In this document: positions 38,044-50,213 of the stretch, piece by piece
How the letters are laid out: the number at the start of each line of letters is the position of its first letter
How positions within the stretch are numbered: position 1 is the stretch's first letter
DNA from: Candidatus Latescibacterota bacterium
GTDB taxonomy: Bacteria > Latescibacterota > UBA2968 > UBA8231
Direction: 5' to 3'
Length of the DNA: 64,000 nt
Assembly: GCA_965208105.1 (NCBI GenBank)
Contig: OZ242318.1
Location: 416,001-480,000, forward strand
Notes under the pieces: generated by a model
Seen by the model: only the letters and a program-made list of their open reading frames with translations
Database searches by the model: none
Told to the model about the DNA's origin: nothing
Position numbers and translations under genes: made by a program

Positions 38044-41042
38044 AAAAAGAAAAGATCTCTCGCAAGAGTCTCGAAAATCTGACCGGAGTTCGCGCTAATC
38101 CAGCCCCGTCCGGGGGCAGGGACTATTGGCGCAGTCTAGACCAGTTGGCGGACACAGAGGAGTTCCAGGAACTGATTCGGCGTGAATTTCCGGAACAGGC
38201 ATCAGAGATGACCAACCCTGTGACCCGCAGGAACTTCCTGAAGTTGATGGGCGCTTCCCTGGCCTTTGGAGGCCTGACGAGCTGCACTATCCAGCCAACG
38301 GAAAAAATCGTTCCCTACGTGCGCGCTCCGGAGTACGTCGTTCCAGGCAGACCTTTGTTCTTTGCAACCGCCACATCGGTGGGAGGAGTTGCCACGGGGA
38401 TCTTAGCTGAAAGCCACATGGGGCGTCCCACCAAGATCGAGGGTAACCCCGGTCATCCCGGCAGCCATGGCGCCACGGATGCCATCACCCAGGCCTCGAT
38501 TCTCAACCTCTATGACCCAGACCGGTCAAAGGTGGTTAAAAACGCAGGTCGCATAAACACGTGGGGGAATTTCCTGGCCGATCTCGACCAGGCCCTGGAA
38601 ATGCAACGACTCAAAAAGGGGGCCGGGCTGCGCATTTTAACGGAGACCGTTACCTCCCCTTCCCTGGGACACCAGCTCGGGAAATTGCTCGAGGAATTCC
38701 CCCATGCCCGCTGGCACCAGTATGAAGCGGCCAACCGCGACCAGGTCCGGGCGGGTGCGATAATGGCCTTCGGTGAACCGGTCAATACCTATTTCGACTT
38801 TTCCAAAGCCGAAGTGATTCTTTCCCTCGACGCCGACTTTGCCTATAGCGGTCCGGGAAATGTGCGCTACGCACGGGATTTCGCCAATGGCCGCCGCCTC
38901 GCCTCCGGCCAGGAGAAACCCAACCGGCTTTACATGGTCGAGAGCACCCCTTCCTGTACCGGAAGCTGGGCGGATCACCGCATGGCACTTGGGACCAGGC
39001 AGATTGAATCCTTCGCCATGACCGCGGCCCACCGGCTCGGCGTCGACTCTGTTTCCGCCGGAGCCTCCATTCCGTTCCCCGACGATCAGGGCTGGATCGG
39101 ACCGGTGGTTCAGGACCTTCTGAATCATTCGGGTTCCAGCCTCGTCGTGGCCGGGGATCAGCAGGCTCCAGCGGTCCATGCCCTTGCCCACGCGATGAAC
39201 GGAGTCCTCGGGAATGTGGGCACAACCATTCACTACACCGACCCCGTCGAGGTTGAATCGGTAGACCAGGCGGAGTCGTTGGGTGAGTTGGTCGATGCGA
39301 TGCAGGCAGATCAGGTAGAGCTGCTCCTGATCCTCGGTGCCAATCCGGCCTACTCGGCGCCGGCTGACCTGGACTTTGCAGGGGCCATGCAAAAGGTTCC
39401 GTTCCGGGCGCACCTGGGTCTCTACGATGACGAGACGGCGGCTTTGTGCCACTGGCACATCCCCGAGTCCCACTTTTTGGAGGCCTGGAGCGATGGCCGT
39501 TCCTACGACGGCACCGTTTCCATCGTCCAGCCTCTCATCCTGCCGCTTTACAACAGCAAGTCATCCCACGAACTGATCGGGGCACTCATCGGCCAATCCG
39601 GGCGTCCGGTCGACGGCATTCTGCAAGAATACTGGCAAGGGCAGGACCTGACGACCAATTTCGAGCAATTCTGGAAACAGTCCCTGCACGACGGCCTCAT
39701 GGCAGACACGGGACTTCCCCCGAAATCGGTCAAATCTCCAGAATCCCTGTCCCTTCCCAGGGGAACCGGGACCCCGATGGACGAAGAAGACCTCGAGCTC
39801 CTCGTCCGGCCAGATCCCACGATTTTGGACGGACGATTTGCAAACAACGGCTGGCTCCAGGAAACCCCCAAGCCCATTTCCAAGCTTACCTGGGACAACG
39901 CCGCCCAGGTAAGCCCCGCAACTGCTTTGCGCCTCGGATTGAAAAACGAACAGGTAGTTGAACTGAACCTGGGAGACAGATCCATTGAAGCCCCCGTATG
40001 GATAGTTCCCGGCCAAGCCCACAATGTAGTCACCGTGCACCTGGGATACGGCCGCACACGCTGTGGTCGGGTCGGCAACGACCTCGGCTTCGATGTCAAT
40101 GTCCTGCGCTCGTCTTCCAGCCCCTGGAGCGCCGCAGGGCTGAAGCTTGTCAGGACTTTCTCCACCTATCCCCTGGCCTGCACCCAGGATCATCACAGTA
40201 TGGAAGGTCGTCACCTCGTACGCCACGCCGACTTGGTCGAATTCAAAGAACACCCGGACTTCGCGCACAGGGAAGTTCATGAGTTTCCCGATGAGCTGAC
40301 CCTCTACTCGGGGTTCGAGTACAACGGCAATTCCTGGGGAATGGCCATCGACCTCAACGCCTGCATCGGCTGCAATGCCTGCTCTTTGGCATGTCAGTCA
40401 GAAAACAACATCCCGGTGGTAGGCAAGGACGAGGTCCGCAATGCAAGGGAGATGAGTTGGATACGGGTTGACCGCTACTATTCCGGCGACCTGGACGATC
40501 CCGCCATTCTGCACCAGCCCGTCCCCTGCCAGCAGTGCGAGAATGCGCCCTGCGAACTGGTCTGCCCCGTCACGGCTACTTCCCACAGCCAGGAAGGCCT
40601 CAACGACATGGTCTACAACCGATGCGTCGGCACCCGATACTGCGCCAACAACTGCCCCTACAAGGTCCGTCGCTTCAACTTTCTTCAATACGCCGACCGG
40701 GAAACCGAAAGTCTGAAACTGATGCAGAATCCCGACGTGACCATCAGGTCTCGGGGCATAATGGAGAAGTGCACATATTGTGTCCAGCGCATCAACGCCG
40801 CACGCATTGAGTCCAAGAAGTCCGGAGATCCGATTGTCGATGGCCAGATTCTGACAGCCTGTCAGCAAGCCTGTCCCACCGAGGCCATCGCATTCGGTGA
40901 TATCAACGATCCGGAGAGCAGAGTCGCTCATCTCAAATCCAGTCCGCTCAACTATGGCATCCTGACCGAGCTGAATACCCGCCCTCGCACCTCTTACCTG
41001 GCAAGTGTAAGAAACCCCAACCCGGAGATTATCGAGAGCTAA
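38040..41042 (+). CDS. actB: Alternative complex III molybdopterin-oxidoreductase-like / Fe-S subunit
   Basis: YWRSL, Tat motif TRRNFLK plus [15 protein letters not shown]-terminal ferredoxin Cys clusters ([27 protein letters not shown]). Confidence 0.93.
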   Translation: MKKEKISRKSLENLTGVRANPAPSGGRDYWRSLDQLADTEEFQELIRREFPEQASEMTNPVTRRNFLKLMGASLAFGGLTSCTIQPTEKIVPYVRAPEYVVPGRPLFFATATSVGGVATGILAESHMGRPTKIEGNPGHPGSHGATDAITQASILNLYDPDRSKVVKNAGRINTWGNFLADLDQALEMQRLKKGAGLRILTETVTSPSLGHQLGKLLEEFPHARWHQYEAANRDQVRAGAIMAFGEPVNTYFDFSKAEVILSLDADFAYSGPGNVRYARDFANGRRLASGQEKPNRLYMVESTPSCTGSWADHRMALGTRQIESFAMTAAHRLGVDSVSAGASIPFPDDQGWIGPVVQDLLNHSGSSLVVAGDQQAPAVHALAHAMNGVLGNVGTTIHYTDPVEVESVDQAESLGELVDAMQADQVELLLILGANPAYSAPADLDFAGAMQKVPFRAHLGLYDDETAALCHWHIPESHFLEAWSDGRSYDGTVSIVQPLILPLYNSKSSHELIGALIGQSGRPVDGILQEYWQGQDLTTNFEQFWKQSLHDGLMADTGLPPKSVKSPESLSLPRGTGTPMDEEDLELLVRPDPTILDGRFANNGWLQETPKPISKLTWDNAAQVSPATALRLGLKNEQVVELNLGDRSIEAPVWIVPGQAHNVVTVHLGYGRTRCGRVGNDLGFDVNVLRSSSSPWSAAGLKLVRTFSTYPLACTQDHHSMEGRHLVRHADLVEFKEHPDFAHREVHEFPDELTLYSGFEYNGNSWGMAIDLNACIGCNACSLACQSENNIPVVGKDEVRNAREMSWIRVDRYYSGDLDDPAILHQPVPCQQCENAPCELVCPVTATSHSQEGLNDMVYNRCVGTRYCANNCPYKVRRFNFLQYADRETESLKLMQNPDVTIRSRGIMEKCTYCVQRINAARIESKKSGDPIVDGQILTACQQACPTEAIAFGDINDPESRVAHLKSSPLNYGILTELNTRPRTSYLASVRNPNPEIIES

Positions 41043-41043
41043 A

Positions 41044-42435
41044 ATGTCCGAAGCCGCACCCTCGTCTGCAAAGCCATATACCCCTCCGGTTCCCGAACTC
41101 GGTCCTGGCCAGACTTCGTACACGACCATAACGGACAAGATCAGCTCCATAGTTCTGACTCCATCTTCACCGCTGGCCTGGTTCGCAACCTTGGTGGTGG
41201 GGTTTTTGCTCGTTTCCATGCTCCAGATAGCGGTTGCCTATCTTCTATACGAAGGGGTGGGAATTTGGGGGATCAACATTCCCATAGGATGGGGGTTCGC
41301 CATAATCAACTTTGTCTGGTGGATCGGGATCGGCCACGCCGGCACCCTTATATCGGCTGTCCTCCTCCTGTTCAGGCAGAAATGGCGCACTTCAATCAAT
41401 CGCTCTGCAGAGGCCATGACCATTTTCGCCGTGATGTGTGCGGGCATGTTTCCACTCCTCCACACCGGGAGGCCCTGGCTTGCGGCATATTGGCTCTTCC
41501 CCTATCCCAACTCCATGGACATCTGGCCCCAGTTCCGCAGCCCCTTGATCTGGGATGTTTTTGCGGTCTCGACCTATTTAACGATTTCACTGTTATTCTG
41601 GACCATGGGGATGATTCCCGACTTTGCCAGCTTCCGGGACCGGGCAAAACACCGCATCACCCAGGTCATTTTCGGCTTTCTTTCCATGGGATGGCGTGGA
41701 TCTGCCATACATTGGGAGCGCTACGAAATGGCTTCATTGCTGTTGGCAGGCCTGGCCACGCCCCTGGTCCTCTCCGTCCACAGCGTCGTCAGTCTGGACT
41801 TCGCCATATCCATCATCCCCGGGTGGCACACCACCATTTTTCCGCCTTATTTCGTTGCCGGCGCCATCTACGCCGGGTTCGCCATGGTGCTGACCCTTTT
41901 GATCCCGGTGCGAAGGATTTACCAATTGCATGACTTCATTACCGACCGCCACCTTGAAAATATGGCAAAGGTCATGCTGGTTTCCGGCCTGATAGTTGGC
42001 TATGGCTATTTCATGGAACAGTACATGGCCTGGTACAGCGCCGCGACCTATGAAGGGTTCATGATGCAAAACCGCATGTTTGGACCCTACGGATTCTACT
42101 ACTGGTCGCTCATTATTTGCAACATCCTCGTCCCGCAGCTTCTCTGGATAAAGAAGATTCGCCTGAGCACCATGTGGCTCTTCGTCATCTCGATGTTCAT
42201 CAACGTGGGCATGTGGCTCGAGCGATTCATAATCGTGGTAACCAGTCTCCACAGGGACTTCATGCCCTCCTCGTGGGACATGTACCACCCCACCATCTGG
42301 GATTGGGCAACGTTTATCGGGACCATAGGATTCTTCCTGTTTTGCTTCGCCCTCTTCATTCGCGGACTGCCGTTAATCGCCATCCACGAAATCCGCACCC
42401 TTCTGCCCATTGGTAAAAAACAGAGCAGAGAGTAA
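41044..42435 (+). CDS. actC: Alternative complex III NrfD-like quinol-binding membrane subunit
   Basis: [37 protein letters not shown]. Confidence 0.93.
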   Translation: MSEAAPSSAKPYTPPVPELGPGQTSYTTITDKISSIVLTPSSPLAWFATLVVGFLLVSMLQIAVAYLLYEGVGIWGINIPIGWGFAIINFVWWIGIGHAGTLISAVLLLFRQKWRTSINRSAEAMTIFAVMCAGMFPLLHTGRPWLAAYWLFPYPNSMDIWPQFRSPLIWDVFAVSTYLTISLLFWTMGMIPDFASFRDRAKHRITQVIFGFLSMGWRGSAIHWERYEMASLLLAGLATPLVLSVHSVVSLDFAISIIPGWHTTIFPPYFVAGAIYAGFAMVLTLLIPVRRIYQLHDFITDRHLENMAKVMLVSGLIVGYGYFMEQYMAWYSAATYEGFMMQNRMFGPYGFYYWSLIICNILVPQLLWIKKIRLSTMWLFVISMFINVGMWLERFIIVVTSLHRDFMPSSWDMYHPTIWDWATFIGTIGFFLFCFALFIRGLPLIAIHEIRTLLPIGKKQSRE

Positions 42436-42444
42436 ATCGCCGCC

Positions 42445-42990
42445 ATGAACAAAGAGACTTCACCTCCATTCTATGGACTCATGGCAGAATTCGAAGGGCC
42501 TGAAGACCTGCTGGCAGCGGCCAAGGGCGCCTACGACGCCGGTTATCGCAAGATAGATGCCTATTCTCCCTTGCCCATTCACGGTCTTGCGGCAGCAATC
42601 GGGTTCAAACGGACCAACCTGCCCTACGTAGTCTTCATCTGCGGCTTGATTGGTGCTATCGCGGGATACTCCTTGCAGTACTGGGTTCACGTAATCGACT
42701 ATCCCATCAACATCGGCGGACGACCACTTCACAGCGGTCTCAGCTTCATCCCGGTAACATTCGAACTGACCATTCTCTTTGCTGGTATTAGCGCTTTTCT
42801 GGGCATGTTGATCGCCAACGGGCTCCCCATGCCCTACCACCCGACCTTCAATGTCGCAAACTTTGCACGGGCGAGTCAGGACCGGTTCTTCCTCTGCATC
42901 GAAGCAGAGGATGATCAATTCGATGCGGAAGGGACCAGGCGCTTTCTCGATAGCCTGAATCCGCGCGAGGTATCTCAAGTTGAACATTGA
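42445..42990 (+). CDS. actD: Alternative complex III subunit D (DUF3341)
   Basis: GLMAEF, DAYSPLPIHGL, NIGGRP, FIPVTFELTILF. Confidence 0.9.
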   Translation: MNKETSPPFYGLMAEFEGPEDLLAAAKGAYDAGYRKIDAYSPLPIHGLAAAIGFKRTNLPYVVFICGLIGAIAGYSLQYWVHVIDYPINIGGRPLHSGLSFIPVTFELTILFAGISAFLGMLIANGLPMPYHPTFNVANFARASQDRFFLCIEAEDDQFDAEGTRRFLDSLNPREVSQVEH

Positions 42991-43588
42991 CGCCATCCCA
43001 AAGTCTCTTAGTAGAACAATTCAGATTTGCGGAAGCATGTCGCTCCTTCTGCTTCTCGCTACTGGATGTGAGCTGCGCCAGAGGATGTTCGACCAACCCA
43101 AGTACGAACCCCTGGAAAGATCGACCTTCTTTGCCGATGGTCTCTCGGCGCGTCAGCCCGTTCCAGGGACCGTAGCACGCGGTCAACTGCGTCTCGATAC
43201 ACACCTTTACCTTGGAACCATCGAGGGAGAACTTGCCGAGACCCTTCCGACCAGCATCGAACTCGACTACGAATTGTTGAAAAGAGGACGGCAACGCTAC
43301 GACATCTTTTGTGCACCCTGTCATGATCGCACAGGCCGGGGAAACGGCATGATCGTCCAGCGCGGCCTCAAGCAACCTCCTTCCATGCATGAGGACCGCC
43401 TGCGGGAAGCTCCCATCGGACACTTTTTTGACGTAATGACCAATGGGTTCGGCGTAATGTACAGCTACTCCTCCCGCATTCCCGCGGAGGACAGGTGGGC
43501 TATTGGGGCCTATATAAGGGCCCTGCAGTTCAGCCAGAATGCGGAGTTCGACCAATTGCCAGCGGAAGACCAAAGGCAACTTCAATGA
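42980..43588 (+). CDS. actE: Alternative complex III monoheme cytochrome c lipoprotein
   Basis: Lipobox LATGC, MFDQPK, CAPCH, DRWAI. Confidence 0.9.
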   Translation: MNIDAIPKSLSRTIQICGSMSLLLLLATGCELRQRMFDQPKYEPLERSTFFADGLSARQPVPGTVARGQLRLDTHLYLGTIEGELAETLPTSIELDYELLKRGRQRYDIFCAPCHDRTGRGNGMIVQRGLKQPPSMHEDRLREAPIGHFFDVMTNGFGVMYSYSSRIPAEDRWAIGAYIRALQFSQNAEFDQLPAEDQRQLQ

Positions 43589-44793
43589 ATCAAGAGATCA
43601 TCCAACAATCCGAAGCCCTGAGGCCTCAGCTGGACAATTTTCAGCGAATTGCCCTGATCGTAGGATTGATCGGAACTACCGCAACTGCCGCCGGCTACTT
43701 CACGGATACGGATCAGTTCTTCCGTTCGTACCTTCTTGGCTTCATATACTGGGTTGGGCTTTCCCTTGGGAGCCTCGCCGTTCTGATGCTGCACCACGTC
43801 GCTGGAGGACGCTGGGGATTTTCCATACGGCGCCTGCTCGAAGCCGGCACTCGCACTCTTCCGCTCATGTTCATCCTTCTTTTGCCCATTCTCTTCTTCG
43901 GATTGCACAGCCTCTACGAATGGACCCATGTCGAGGTTGTGGCCGCCGACGAAATCCTGCAGAAGAAGAAGGGATATCTGAACGAGTCATTCTTCATTGG
44001 AAGGACCTTTGCCTACTTTGCCATGTGGGGCCTTCTGGCCTTTTTTCTCAACCGGTGGTCCTCTCAACAAGACCAGAATTCCGAAACACATTTTACCCGT
44101 AGGATGCAGAGGCTCAGCGCTCCCGGAATCCTGATCTATGCACTGAGCATGACTCTGGCCGCCGTAGACTGGATTATGTCATTGGAACCTCATTGGTTCT
44201 CGACAATCTTCAGTGCCGTTCACATCCTCGGCCAGATTCTGTTGACCTGGGCATTCATGATTCTTGTTGCCGTTCCGCTATCCCACCGGAAACCGCTGGA
44301 CATTCTGCTCACCAATGAGCGGCTGCGGGATCTGGGAACCCTTATGCTGGGCTTTGTAATGCTCTGGACCTACACGTCCTTTTCACAGCTCCTGATTATC
44401 TGGGCAGGAAATTTGCCTGAGGAGATTACCTGGTACATGACCCGGCTCAGCGGCGGCTGGCTGGACCTGGGATACTCGCTTATCGGGCTGCATTTCGTTG
44501 TTCCTTTCCTCCTGTTGATCTCTGCCCGCATCAAATCGCGTATTCCCGTCCTGGTGGGCATTGCAGCAGGCCTGTCCATCATGCGGCTGGTGGCCCTTTT
44601 CTGGGTAACCGCGCCGGCTTTCAGCCCTTCAGGCCTTGCGGTGCACTGGTTGGATATAGCTGCTCCCGTAGGCATAGGCGGAATCTGGCTCGCGGTTTTC
44701 TTCTGGCAATTAAAGGGGCGTTCCCTCATTGCCCTCAACGATCCGCGGTTCAACTATCTGCTAGACAGAGAAAACAGTCATGGCCATGGATAA
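43585..44793 (+). CDS. actF: Alternative complex III membrane subunit F
   Basis: About 10 TMs, DWIMSLEPHWFST, SQLLIIWAGNLPEE; ATGA overlap with actE. Confidence 0.9.
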   Translation: MNQEIIQQSEALRPQLDNFQRIALIVGLIGTTATAAGYFTDTDQFFRSYLLGFIYWVGLSLGSLAVLMLHHVAGGRWGFSIRRLLEAGTRTLPLMFILLLPILFFGLHSLYEWTHVEVVAADEILQKKKGYLNESFFIGRTFAYFAMWGLLAFFLNRWSSQQDQNSETHFTRRMQRLSAPGILIYALSMTLAAVDWIMSLEPHWFSTIFSAVHILGQILLTWAFMILVAVPLSHRKPLDILLTNERLRDLGTLMLGFVMLWTYTSFSQLLIIWAGNLPEEITWYMTRLSGGWLDLGYSLIGLHFVVPFLLLISARIKSRIPVLVGIAAGLSIMRLVALFWVTAPAFSPSGLAVHWLDIAAPVGIGGIWLAVFFWQLKGRSLIALNDPRFNYLLDRENSHGHG

Positions 44794-45184
44794 TCCTGCT
44801 GGAAACGCACCCGACCCGGGGCACGAAGTTACAGATGTCCCGGCTCGTCCACTTGCCCAGGTGGCAATAGCCATAGCAGTCCTGCTGGTGGGTTCCTTCC
44901 TTGCGATGTTCGTTCTATTTCGCATCTTCAACTACTACCAGCCCTTGTTCGACGATCCCCCTCACTCCCTTGCGGCCGTGCGCCAGGAAACCACCGGTCC
45001 CAGGATCCAGATCGATCCGCCCCGGCAGAAATTCGACCTGCGCGAAACCGAGGAGCAGATTCTGTCGACCTACGGCTGGGTCAACAAGGACGTGGGCTTG
45101 GCGCGGATACCCGTGGACCGCGCCATGGAACTTCTCGCAGAGAAGAAGGCCATGCTCAACATTCGCGCTTCAGAGGACCCCTAA
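44780..45184 (+). CDS. Small single-TM subunit (ActG-like)
   Basis: One TM, GPRIQ, YGWVNKDVGLARIPVDRAM; position in the act operon. Confidence 0.7.
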   Translation: MAMDNPAGNAPDPGHEVTDVPARPLAQVAIAIAVLLVGSFLAMFVLFRIFNYYQPLFDDPPHSLAAVRQETTGPRIQIDPPRQKFDLRETEEQILSTYGWVNKDVGLARIPVDRAMELLAEKKAMLNIRASEDP

Positions 45185-45191
45185 ATTTCCC

Positions 45192-46046
45192 ATGCATAAT
45201 TCGTGTCTCCGGCTCAAATCTTTATTGTGCAGATGGGAGGGGAACCGCGTCCCGGGAATCGCCGCCTTCCTGCTTGGAGCAGTCCTTCTTCTGGCACCCG
45301 ACAGGTCTGCCTCTCAATCAATCAGCCCGGGGAATTTCGAGGAGATTGGAATCGACCAGAGGCTCGGTGAGCAGCTTCCGCTCGACCTCGTCTTCAACGA
45401 CGAAAACGGCAAGCCCGTTCCCCTGCGAAACTACTTCGGTGAAAAACCTGTAATTCTGTCCCTCGTTTATTACGAATGCCCCATGCTGTGTACCCAGGTC
45501 CTGAATGGTCTCTTGCGCAGTCTGAGAGTTCTCTCCCTCGACATCGGAAAAGAATTCGAAGTGGTCACCGTGAGTTTCGACCCGGGAGAAACATTCGAGT
45601 TGGCCGCCGCGAAAAAGAAAGAATACCTGAGGAGTTACGGCCGCGAGGGAGCCGGGCGAGGATGGCACTTCCTGACCGGTAGCGATGACCAGATTGACCG
45701 CCTGACCAGGGCCCTCGGTTTTCGCTATCAGTACGATCCAGAAACTGACGAGTACATTCACTCCAGTGGAATCATGGTTCTTACCCCCCAGGGAAAACTC
45801 GCCCGTTACTTCTACGGCATCGAGTACGCTCCCAAAGATTTGCGGCTGGGGTTGATTGAATCAGCCACCGACAAAATCGGCTCTCCCATCGATCAGGTGC
45901 TCTTGCTTTGTTACAGCTATGACCCGGAGAGTGGTAAGTACGGGCTGGTCATCGTTAATTCAATCCGGATTGCCGGCCTTGCCACTGTTGCGATTCTGGC
46001 GGGTTTTATCGTGACGATGATCCGTCGCGAGCGTAGTAAAAAGTAG
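45192..46046 (+). CDS. SCO family copper chaperone
   Basis: YYECPMLC, WHFLTG, conserved His in YIHSS, C-terminal TM. Confidence 0.9.
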   Translation: MHNSCLRLKSLLCRWEGNRVPGIAAFLLGAVLLLAPDRSASQSISPGNFEEIGIDQRLGEQLPLDLVFNDENGKPVPLRNYFGEKPVILSLVYYECPMLCTQVLNGLLRSLRVLSLDIGKEFEVVTVSFDPGETFELAAAKKKEYLRSYGREGAGRGWHFLTGSDDQIDRLTRALGFRYQYDPETDEYIHSSGIMVLTPQGKLARYFYGIEYAPKDLRLGLIESATDKIGSPIDQVLLLCYSYDPESGKYGLVIVNSIRIAGLATVAILAGFIVTMIRRERSKK

Positions 46047-46109
46047 ATGAAGTTGTGATTGTCGCTGGTGATAAGCCATCGCTGTTTTTCGATTTGAGGA
46101 TATCGATAG

Positions 46110-47045
46110 ATGTCGACTGATATGCGCTTGTTCCCCGAACTGGCCTCTACCATCGCCTGGCAGGTGGATGCCCTTTACATATTCATCGTCGTGCTTTCCG
46201 TCATCTTCACGGTGGGAATTTTCGTGGCCGTGGTCTATCTCGCCGTCAAATACCGCAGGCGCTCCGAAAATGAGCGCCCCAAGGCCATCCACGGTTCCAT
46301 ACCCCTGGAACTGTCATGGAGCATCATTCCATTTTTTATGGCCATTTTCGTATACATCTGGGGAGCCGACGTATATTTTCGCCTCTACCGCATGCCGGCC
46401 GATGCCATGGATGTCTACGTGGTTGGCAAGCAGTGGATGTGGAAAATCCAACACCCCGAGGGAAAGCGCGAGATCAACGAACTCCACGTTCCCGTCAACC
46501 AGCGCGTGCGCGTGACCTTGGCCTCCGAGGATGTAATTCACAGTTTCTTCATACCTGCCTTCAGAGTAAAAAAGGACGCAGTTCCAGGCCGTTATACTCA
46601 GCTCTGGTTTGAAGCCACGAAAGTGGGAGAGTATCATCTTTTCTGCGCCGAGTATTGCGGCACCGAACACTCGACCATGATCGGTAAGGTCATCGTAATG
46701 GAGGCAGAAGATTATCAGGACTGGCTCAGCGGAGGGGGCAGCGGCGAGACGATGGCACAGACCGGTGAACGGCAGTTCCAGCAACTAGGCTGCCAGACCT
46801 GCCACAAATCTCAGAACATCGGACGCGGTCCCACCCTGACCGGCGTTTTCGGAAAACCGGTGCAACTGGCTTCCGGCGAGACGGTAGTGGCCGACGAGGC
46901 CTACGTTCGGGAGTCCATTCTGAATCCCAGTGCCAAAATCGTCCACGGCTACACGCCGATCATGCCGACCTTTCAGGGCCAGGTCAGTGAAGAAACTCTG
47001 ATGCAGATAATTGCCTATATCAAGACTCTGAGCGCAGACGAATAA
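46110..47045 (+). CDS. coxB: Cytochrome c oxidase subunit II with fused cytochrome c (caa3)
   Basis: DVIHSF, CAEYCGTEHSTM CuA motif, C-terminal CQTCH. Confidence 0.95.
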   Translation: MSTDMRLFPELASTIAWQVDALYIFIVVLSVIFTVGIFVAVVYLAVKYRRRSENERPKAIHGSIPLELSWSIIPFFMAIFVYIWGADVYFRLYRMPADAMDVYVVGKQWMWKIQHPEGKREINELHVPVNQRVRVTLASEDVIHSFFIPAFRVKKDAVPGRYTQLWFEATKVGEYHLFCAEYCGTEHSTMIGKVIVMEAEDYQDWLSGGGSGETMAQTGERQFQQLGCQTCHKSQNIGRGPTLTGVFGKPVQLASGETVVADEAYVRESILNPSAKIVHGYTPIMPTFQGQVSEETLMQIIAYIKTLSADE

Positions 47046-47066
47046 GATGGGGAAGGAAAGTGTGAA

Positions 47067-48743
47067 ATGAGCGGCGCTACACTTGTTGGACCCATAGGGA
47101 GCAAAACGGAGAACTACCTCAATGCCAACTATGGCATACGGTCCTGGCTGCTGACCCTGGACCACAAGCGCATCGGCATACTCTACCTGGTGACGATTAC
47201 CCTTTTCTTTTGCATCGGTGGGATTTTCGCGTCGCTTATCAGGCTGGAATTGATAACGCCTCAGGGGGATCTGGTAGATTCAGAAACCTACAACAAACTT
47301 TTCACGATGCACGGCGTTGTCATGATCTTCTTCTTTCTGATCCCGTCGGTTCCCGCCGTGCTGGGAAACCTGGTCCTGCCGATCATGATCGGAGCCCGGG
47401 ATGTCGCTTTTCCCAGGCTGAATCTCCTGAGTTGGTACTGCCTCGTCGCCGGTGGGTCGCTTGCAACACTGGCCATAATCATGGGAGGGATAGATACTGG
47501 ATGGACCTTCTACACCCCCTACAGCAGCACCTACTCCAACTCATACGTGGCCCTTGCTCTGACGGGTGTCTTCATAAACGGATTTTCATCCATCCTGACC
47601 GGCGTCAACTTTGTCACGACCGTGCACAAGATGCGGGCACCGGGCATGACCTGGTTTCGGCTTCCTCTTTTTATCTGGGCCCAGTACGCCACCAGCGTGA
47701 TTATGATTTTGGGCACGCCTGTCGTAGCCATAACCTTGCTTCTGGTAGCCCTGGAGCGAGTCCTGCGCATCGGCATCTTCGATCCGGCTCTCGGTGGCGA
47801 CCCAATTCTTTTCCAGCATCTATTCTGGTTCTACTCGCACCCCGCGGTCTATATCATGATCGTGCCCGGCTTTGGCGTAATCAGCGAGGTCATCGCTTGC
47901 TTCTCCCGCAAGCGAATATTCGGCTACTCCTTTGTGGCCTTCTCCAGCCTGGCGATCGCAGTCCTGGGTTTCCTGGTATGGGGTCATCACATGTTCACCA
48001 CCGGGCAGTCGGTTTATGCCGGAATGGTCTTCTCCTTCATTACCTTCTTCATTGCCGTTCCTACCGCTATCAAGATTTTCAACTGGACCGCCACCCTGTA
48101 CAAAGGTTCCGTATCACTCGATTCCCCAATGCTCTACGCCCTGGGATTCATCGGGCTGTTTACAATCGGCGGCTTGACCGGCCTGGTCCTCTCGACTCTG
48201 GGCGTAGATGTCCACCTCCATGACACCTACTTTGTCGTCGCCCATTTTCACTATGTCATGGTCGGTGGTATGGTCATGGCCTTCTTGAGCGGCCTTCATT
48301 TCTGGTGGCCCAAATTCATGGGACGCCTCTTCCCTGAAGGCTGGGCAAAAACCGGCGCCATTCTGATCTTCGCCGGCTTCAACCTGACCTTCTTCCCCCA
48401 ATTCGTGCTCGGGTACCTGGGCATGCCGAGGCGCTACCATGTCTACCCGGAAGAATTTCAGGTGCTTAACGTCATGTCTACCGCCGGGGCTTCGGTCCTC
48501 GGAGTTGGCTACATGATCCTATTCCTTTCGCTCCTGTGGTCTCTTTTCAAAGGGCCCAAGGCCCCTGCAAACCCCTGGCAGGCCAAGGGCCTCGAGTGGG
48601 ATATCCCAACTCCTCCCCCACTGCACAATTTTGAAGTCATGCCCGTAGTCACGAAAGAGGCCTACCCCTACGACGAACCGGATGAGGAGATCGAGCAAAT
48701 CGGAGAAACCGAACGCGTCAAGCAGGAGGAAGAAGTTGTCTGA
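47067..48743 (+). CDS. coxA: Cytochrome c oxidase subunit I, type A2
   Basis: [20 protein letters not shown] (YS motif), [15 protein letters not shown]. Confidence 0.97.
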   Translation: MSGATLVGPIGSKTENYLNANYGIRSWLLTLDHKRIGILYLVTITLFFCIGGIFASLIRLELITPQGDLVDSETYNKLFTMHGVVMIFFFLIPSVPAVLGNLVLPIMIGARDVAFPRLNLLSWYCLVAGGSLATLAIIMGGIDTGWTFYTPYSSTYSNSYVALALTGVFINGFSSILTGVNFVTTVHKMRAPGMTWFRLPLFIWAQYATSVIMILGTPVVAITLLLVALERVLRIGIFDPALGGDPILFQHLFWFYSHPAVYIMIVPGFGVISEVIACFSRKRIFGYSFVAFSSLAIAVLGFLVWGHHMFTTGQSVYAGMVFSFITFFIAVPTAIKIFNWTATLYKGSVSLDSPMLYALGFIGLFTIGGLTGLVLSTLGVDVHLHDTYFVVAHFHYVMVGGMVMAFLSGLHFWWPKFMGRLFPEGWAKTGAILIFAGFNLTFFPQFVLGYLGMPRRYHVYPEEFQVLNVMSTAGASVLGVGYMILFLSLLWSLFKGPKAPANPWQAKGLEWDIPTPPPLHNFEVMPVVTKEAYPYDEPDEEIEQIGETERVKQEEEVV

Positions 48744-49383
48744 TACCCATTCCACTGCTCTTCACCACCACTTCGACGATCTGGAGCAGCAGTACAGCGC
48801 CTCGAATATGGGGATGTGGGCTTTTATCGCCCAGGAAATCATGTTTTTCGGAGGGCTCTTTGGCGGCTATACCGTTTACCGCAATATGCATACCGCGGCC
48901 TTTATCGAAGGAAGCCACCATCTGCCCATTGCCTGGGGCGCGTTCAACACGGCCGTCCTCATAGGAAGCAGCCTTACCGTTGCCCTTGCGGTCCGCGCCG
49001 CCCAGCAGGGCAGGAAAAATGCCATCTTCAACTGGATTCTGGCAACCATGTTTCTGGGCTCCGTGTTTCTGGGGGTCAAGTATATCGAGTACTCCGACAA
49101 GTGGCACCATCACCTCGTTCCCGGTCTCAACTTTTTCTATGAAGGCCCCCTTGCCGGCCAGATGAAAATTTTCTTCTCCTTCTACTTCGTCATGACCGGC
49201 ATGCACGCTCTCCACATGATTATCGGCATTGTCATCATGATCTTCCTGTTGCCCAAAATCAGGCGCGGAACCTACACGGCGGAGTATTTCAACCCAATCG
49301 AAAATTTCGGACTATACTGGCACTTTGTCGACATAGTCTGGATCTTTCTATTCCCACTGCTTTATCTCATCGGCGGCCGCTGA
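48736..49383 (+). CDS. coxC: Cytochrome c oxidase subunit III
   Basis: [31 protein letters not shown]; TTG start. Confidence 0.93.
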   Translation: MSDTHSTALHHHFDDLEQQYSASNMGMWAFIAQEIMFFGGLFGGYTVYRNMHTAAFIEGSHHLPIAWGAFNTAVLIGSSLTVALAVRAAQQGRKNAIFNWILATMFLGSVFLGVKYIEYSDKWHHHLVPGLNFFYEGPLAGQMKIFFSFYFVMTGMHALHMIIGIVIMIFLLPKIRRGTYTAEYFNPIENFGLYWHFVDIVWIFLFPLLYLIGGR

Positions 49384-49385
49384 AG

Positions 49386-49715
49386 ATGACAGAACACAAT
49401 TCGGACCATCACGTACTACCGGTAAAGCTATACCTGCTCATTTTTTTCTGTTTAATGGTCGGTACTGTCCTGACCGTGGCAGCGGCCTACATCGAACTGG
49501 GTTGGTTCAACACCCCGCTGGCACTTATCATCGCGGTCGCCAAGGCCACTCTGGTGGTCCTCTTCTTCATGCACGTCCGTTACAATACTCCGCTGATGTG
49601 GGTCTTTGCGGCCGGCGGCTTCTTCTTTCTGATTATCCTGCTGGCCCTGACCATGCAGGATTATTACTCCAGGGATTGGGAAGCTCCCCCTCCCGTTGAG
49701 TTTCTCGAACAGTGA
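49386..49715 (+). CDS. Cytochrome c oxidase subunit IV
   Basis: Three TMs, AKATLVVLFFMH. Confidence 0.88.
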   Translation: MTEHNSDHHVLPVKLYLLIFFCLMVGTVLTVAAAYIELGWFNTPLALIIAVAKATLVVLFFMHVRYNTPLMWVFAAGGFFFLIILLALTMQDYYSRDWEAPPPVEFLEQ

Positions 49716-49758
49716 AGCGATTCATTTAAAGCCCACTGAATTTTCCTTCGAACACCAA

Positions 49759-49798
49759 ACCCCGCAGCGGAGCCAGTGCCGCTGCGGGGTCATTTGTT
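49759..49798. terminator. Hairpin terminator between the convergent oxidase operon and groES-like gene
   Basis: 12-bp stem ACCCCGCAGCGG/CCGCTGCGGGGT. Confidence 0.65.
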
Positions 49799-49850
49799 CA
49801 ATGCCACCAAAATCCGGTGGCGTGCTTGGGAGATGTCGTTCCTGGATGCG

Positions 49851-50213
49851 CTAGATTGACCTCACAATGGCAAGAATGGCATTATGAGGTACGACCATGT
49901 ATTTATCGTTATCAAATTTTATCTCAATTGCGTCCTTGCGCATGAAGATCGCATGGTCTCCCTTCTGGGCTTGCGGGGGAATGTAGCGTCTCTGCTCCCT
50001 CTCGTCTCCACTCCATGGCGCTTCATCCTCCGGTCCCCTGGGCGGAAGGGGTATACCGGGTCCTACCTCTTCCACCATTCCACTTTGAACATTTTCCTTT
50101 TCCAGGGCGGTCGGCGGCAGGTACAGCCCCACTTCGGTGCGATTTTCCACGTCATCCAACCTGATCAGCACGCGATCCCCCACCACGATCAGCTCTCTAT
50201 CTCCTCTAATCAT
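49851..50213 (-). CDS. GroES-family co-chaperone (orphan, with insertion)
   Basis: GDRVLI, GLYLP, GMVEEVGPG, ILAIV; start ATG 50213. Confidence 0.85.
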   Translation of the reverse strand: MIRGDRELIVVGDRVLIRLDDVENRTEVGLYLPPTALEKENVQSGMVEEVGPGIPLPPRGPEDEAPWSGDEREQRRYIPPQAQKGDHAIFMRKDAIEIKFDNDKYMVVPHNAILAIVRSI

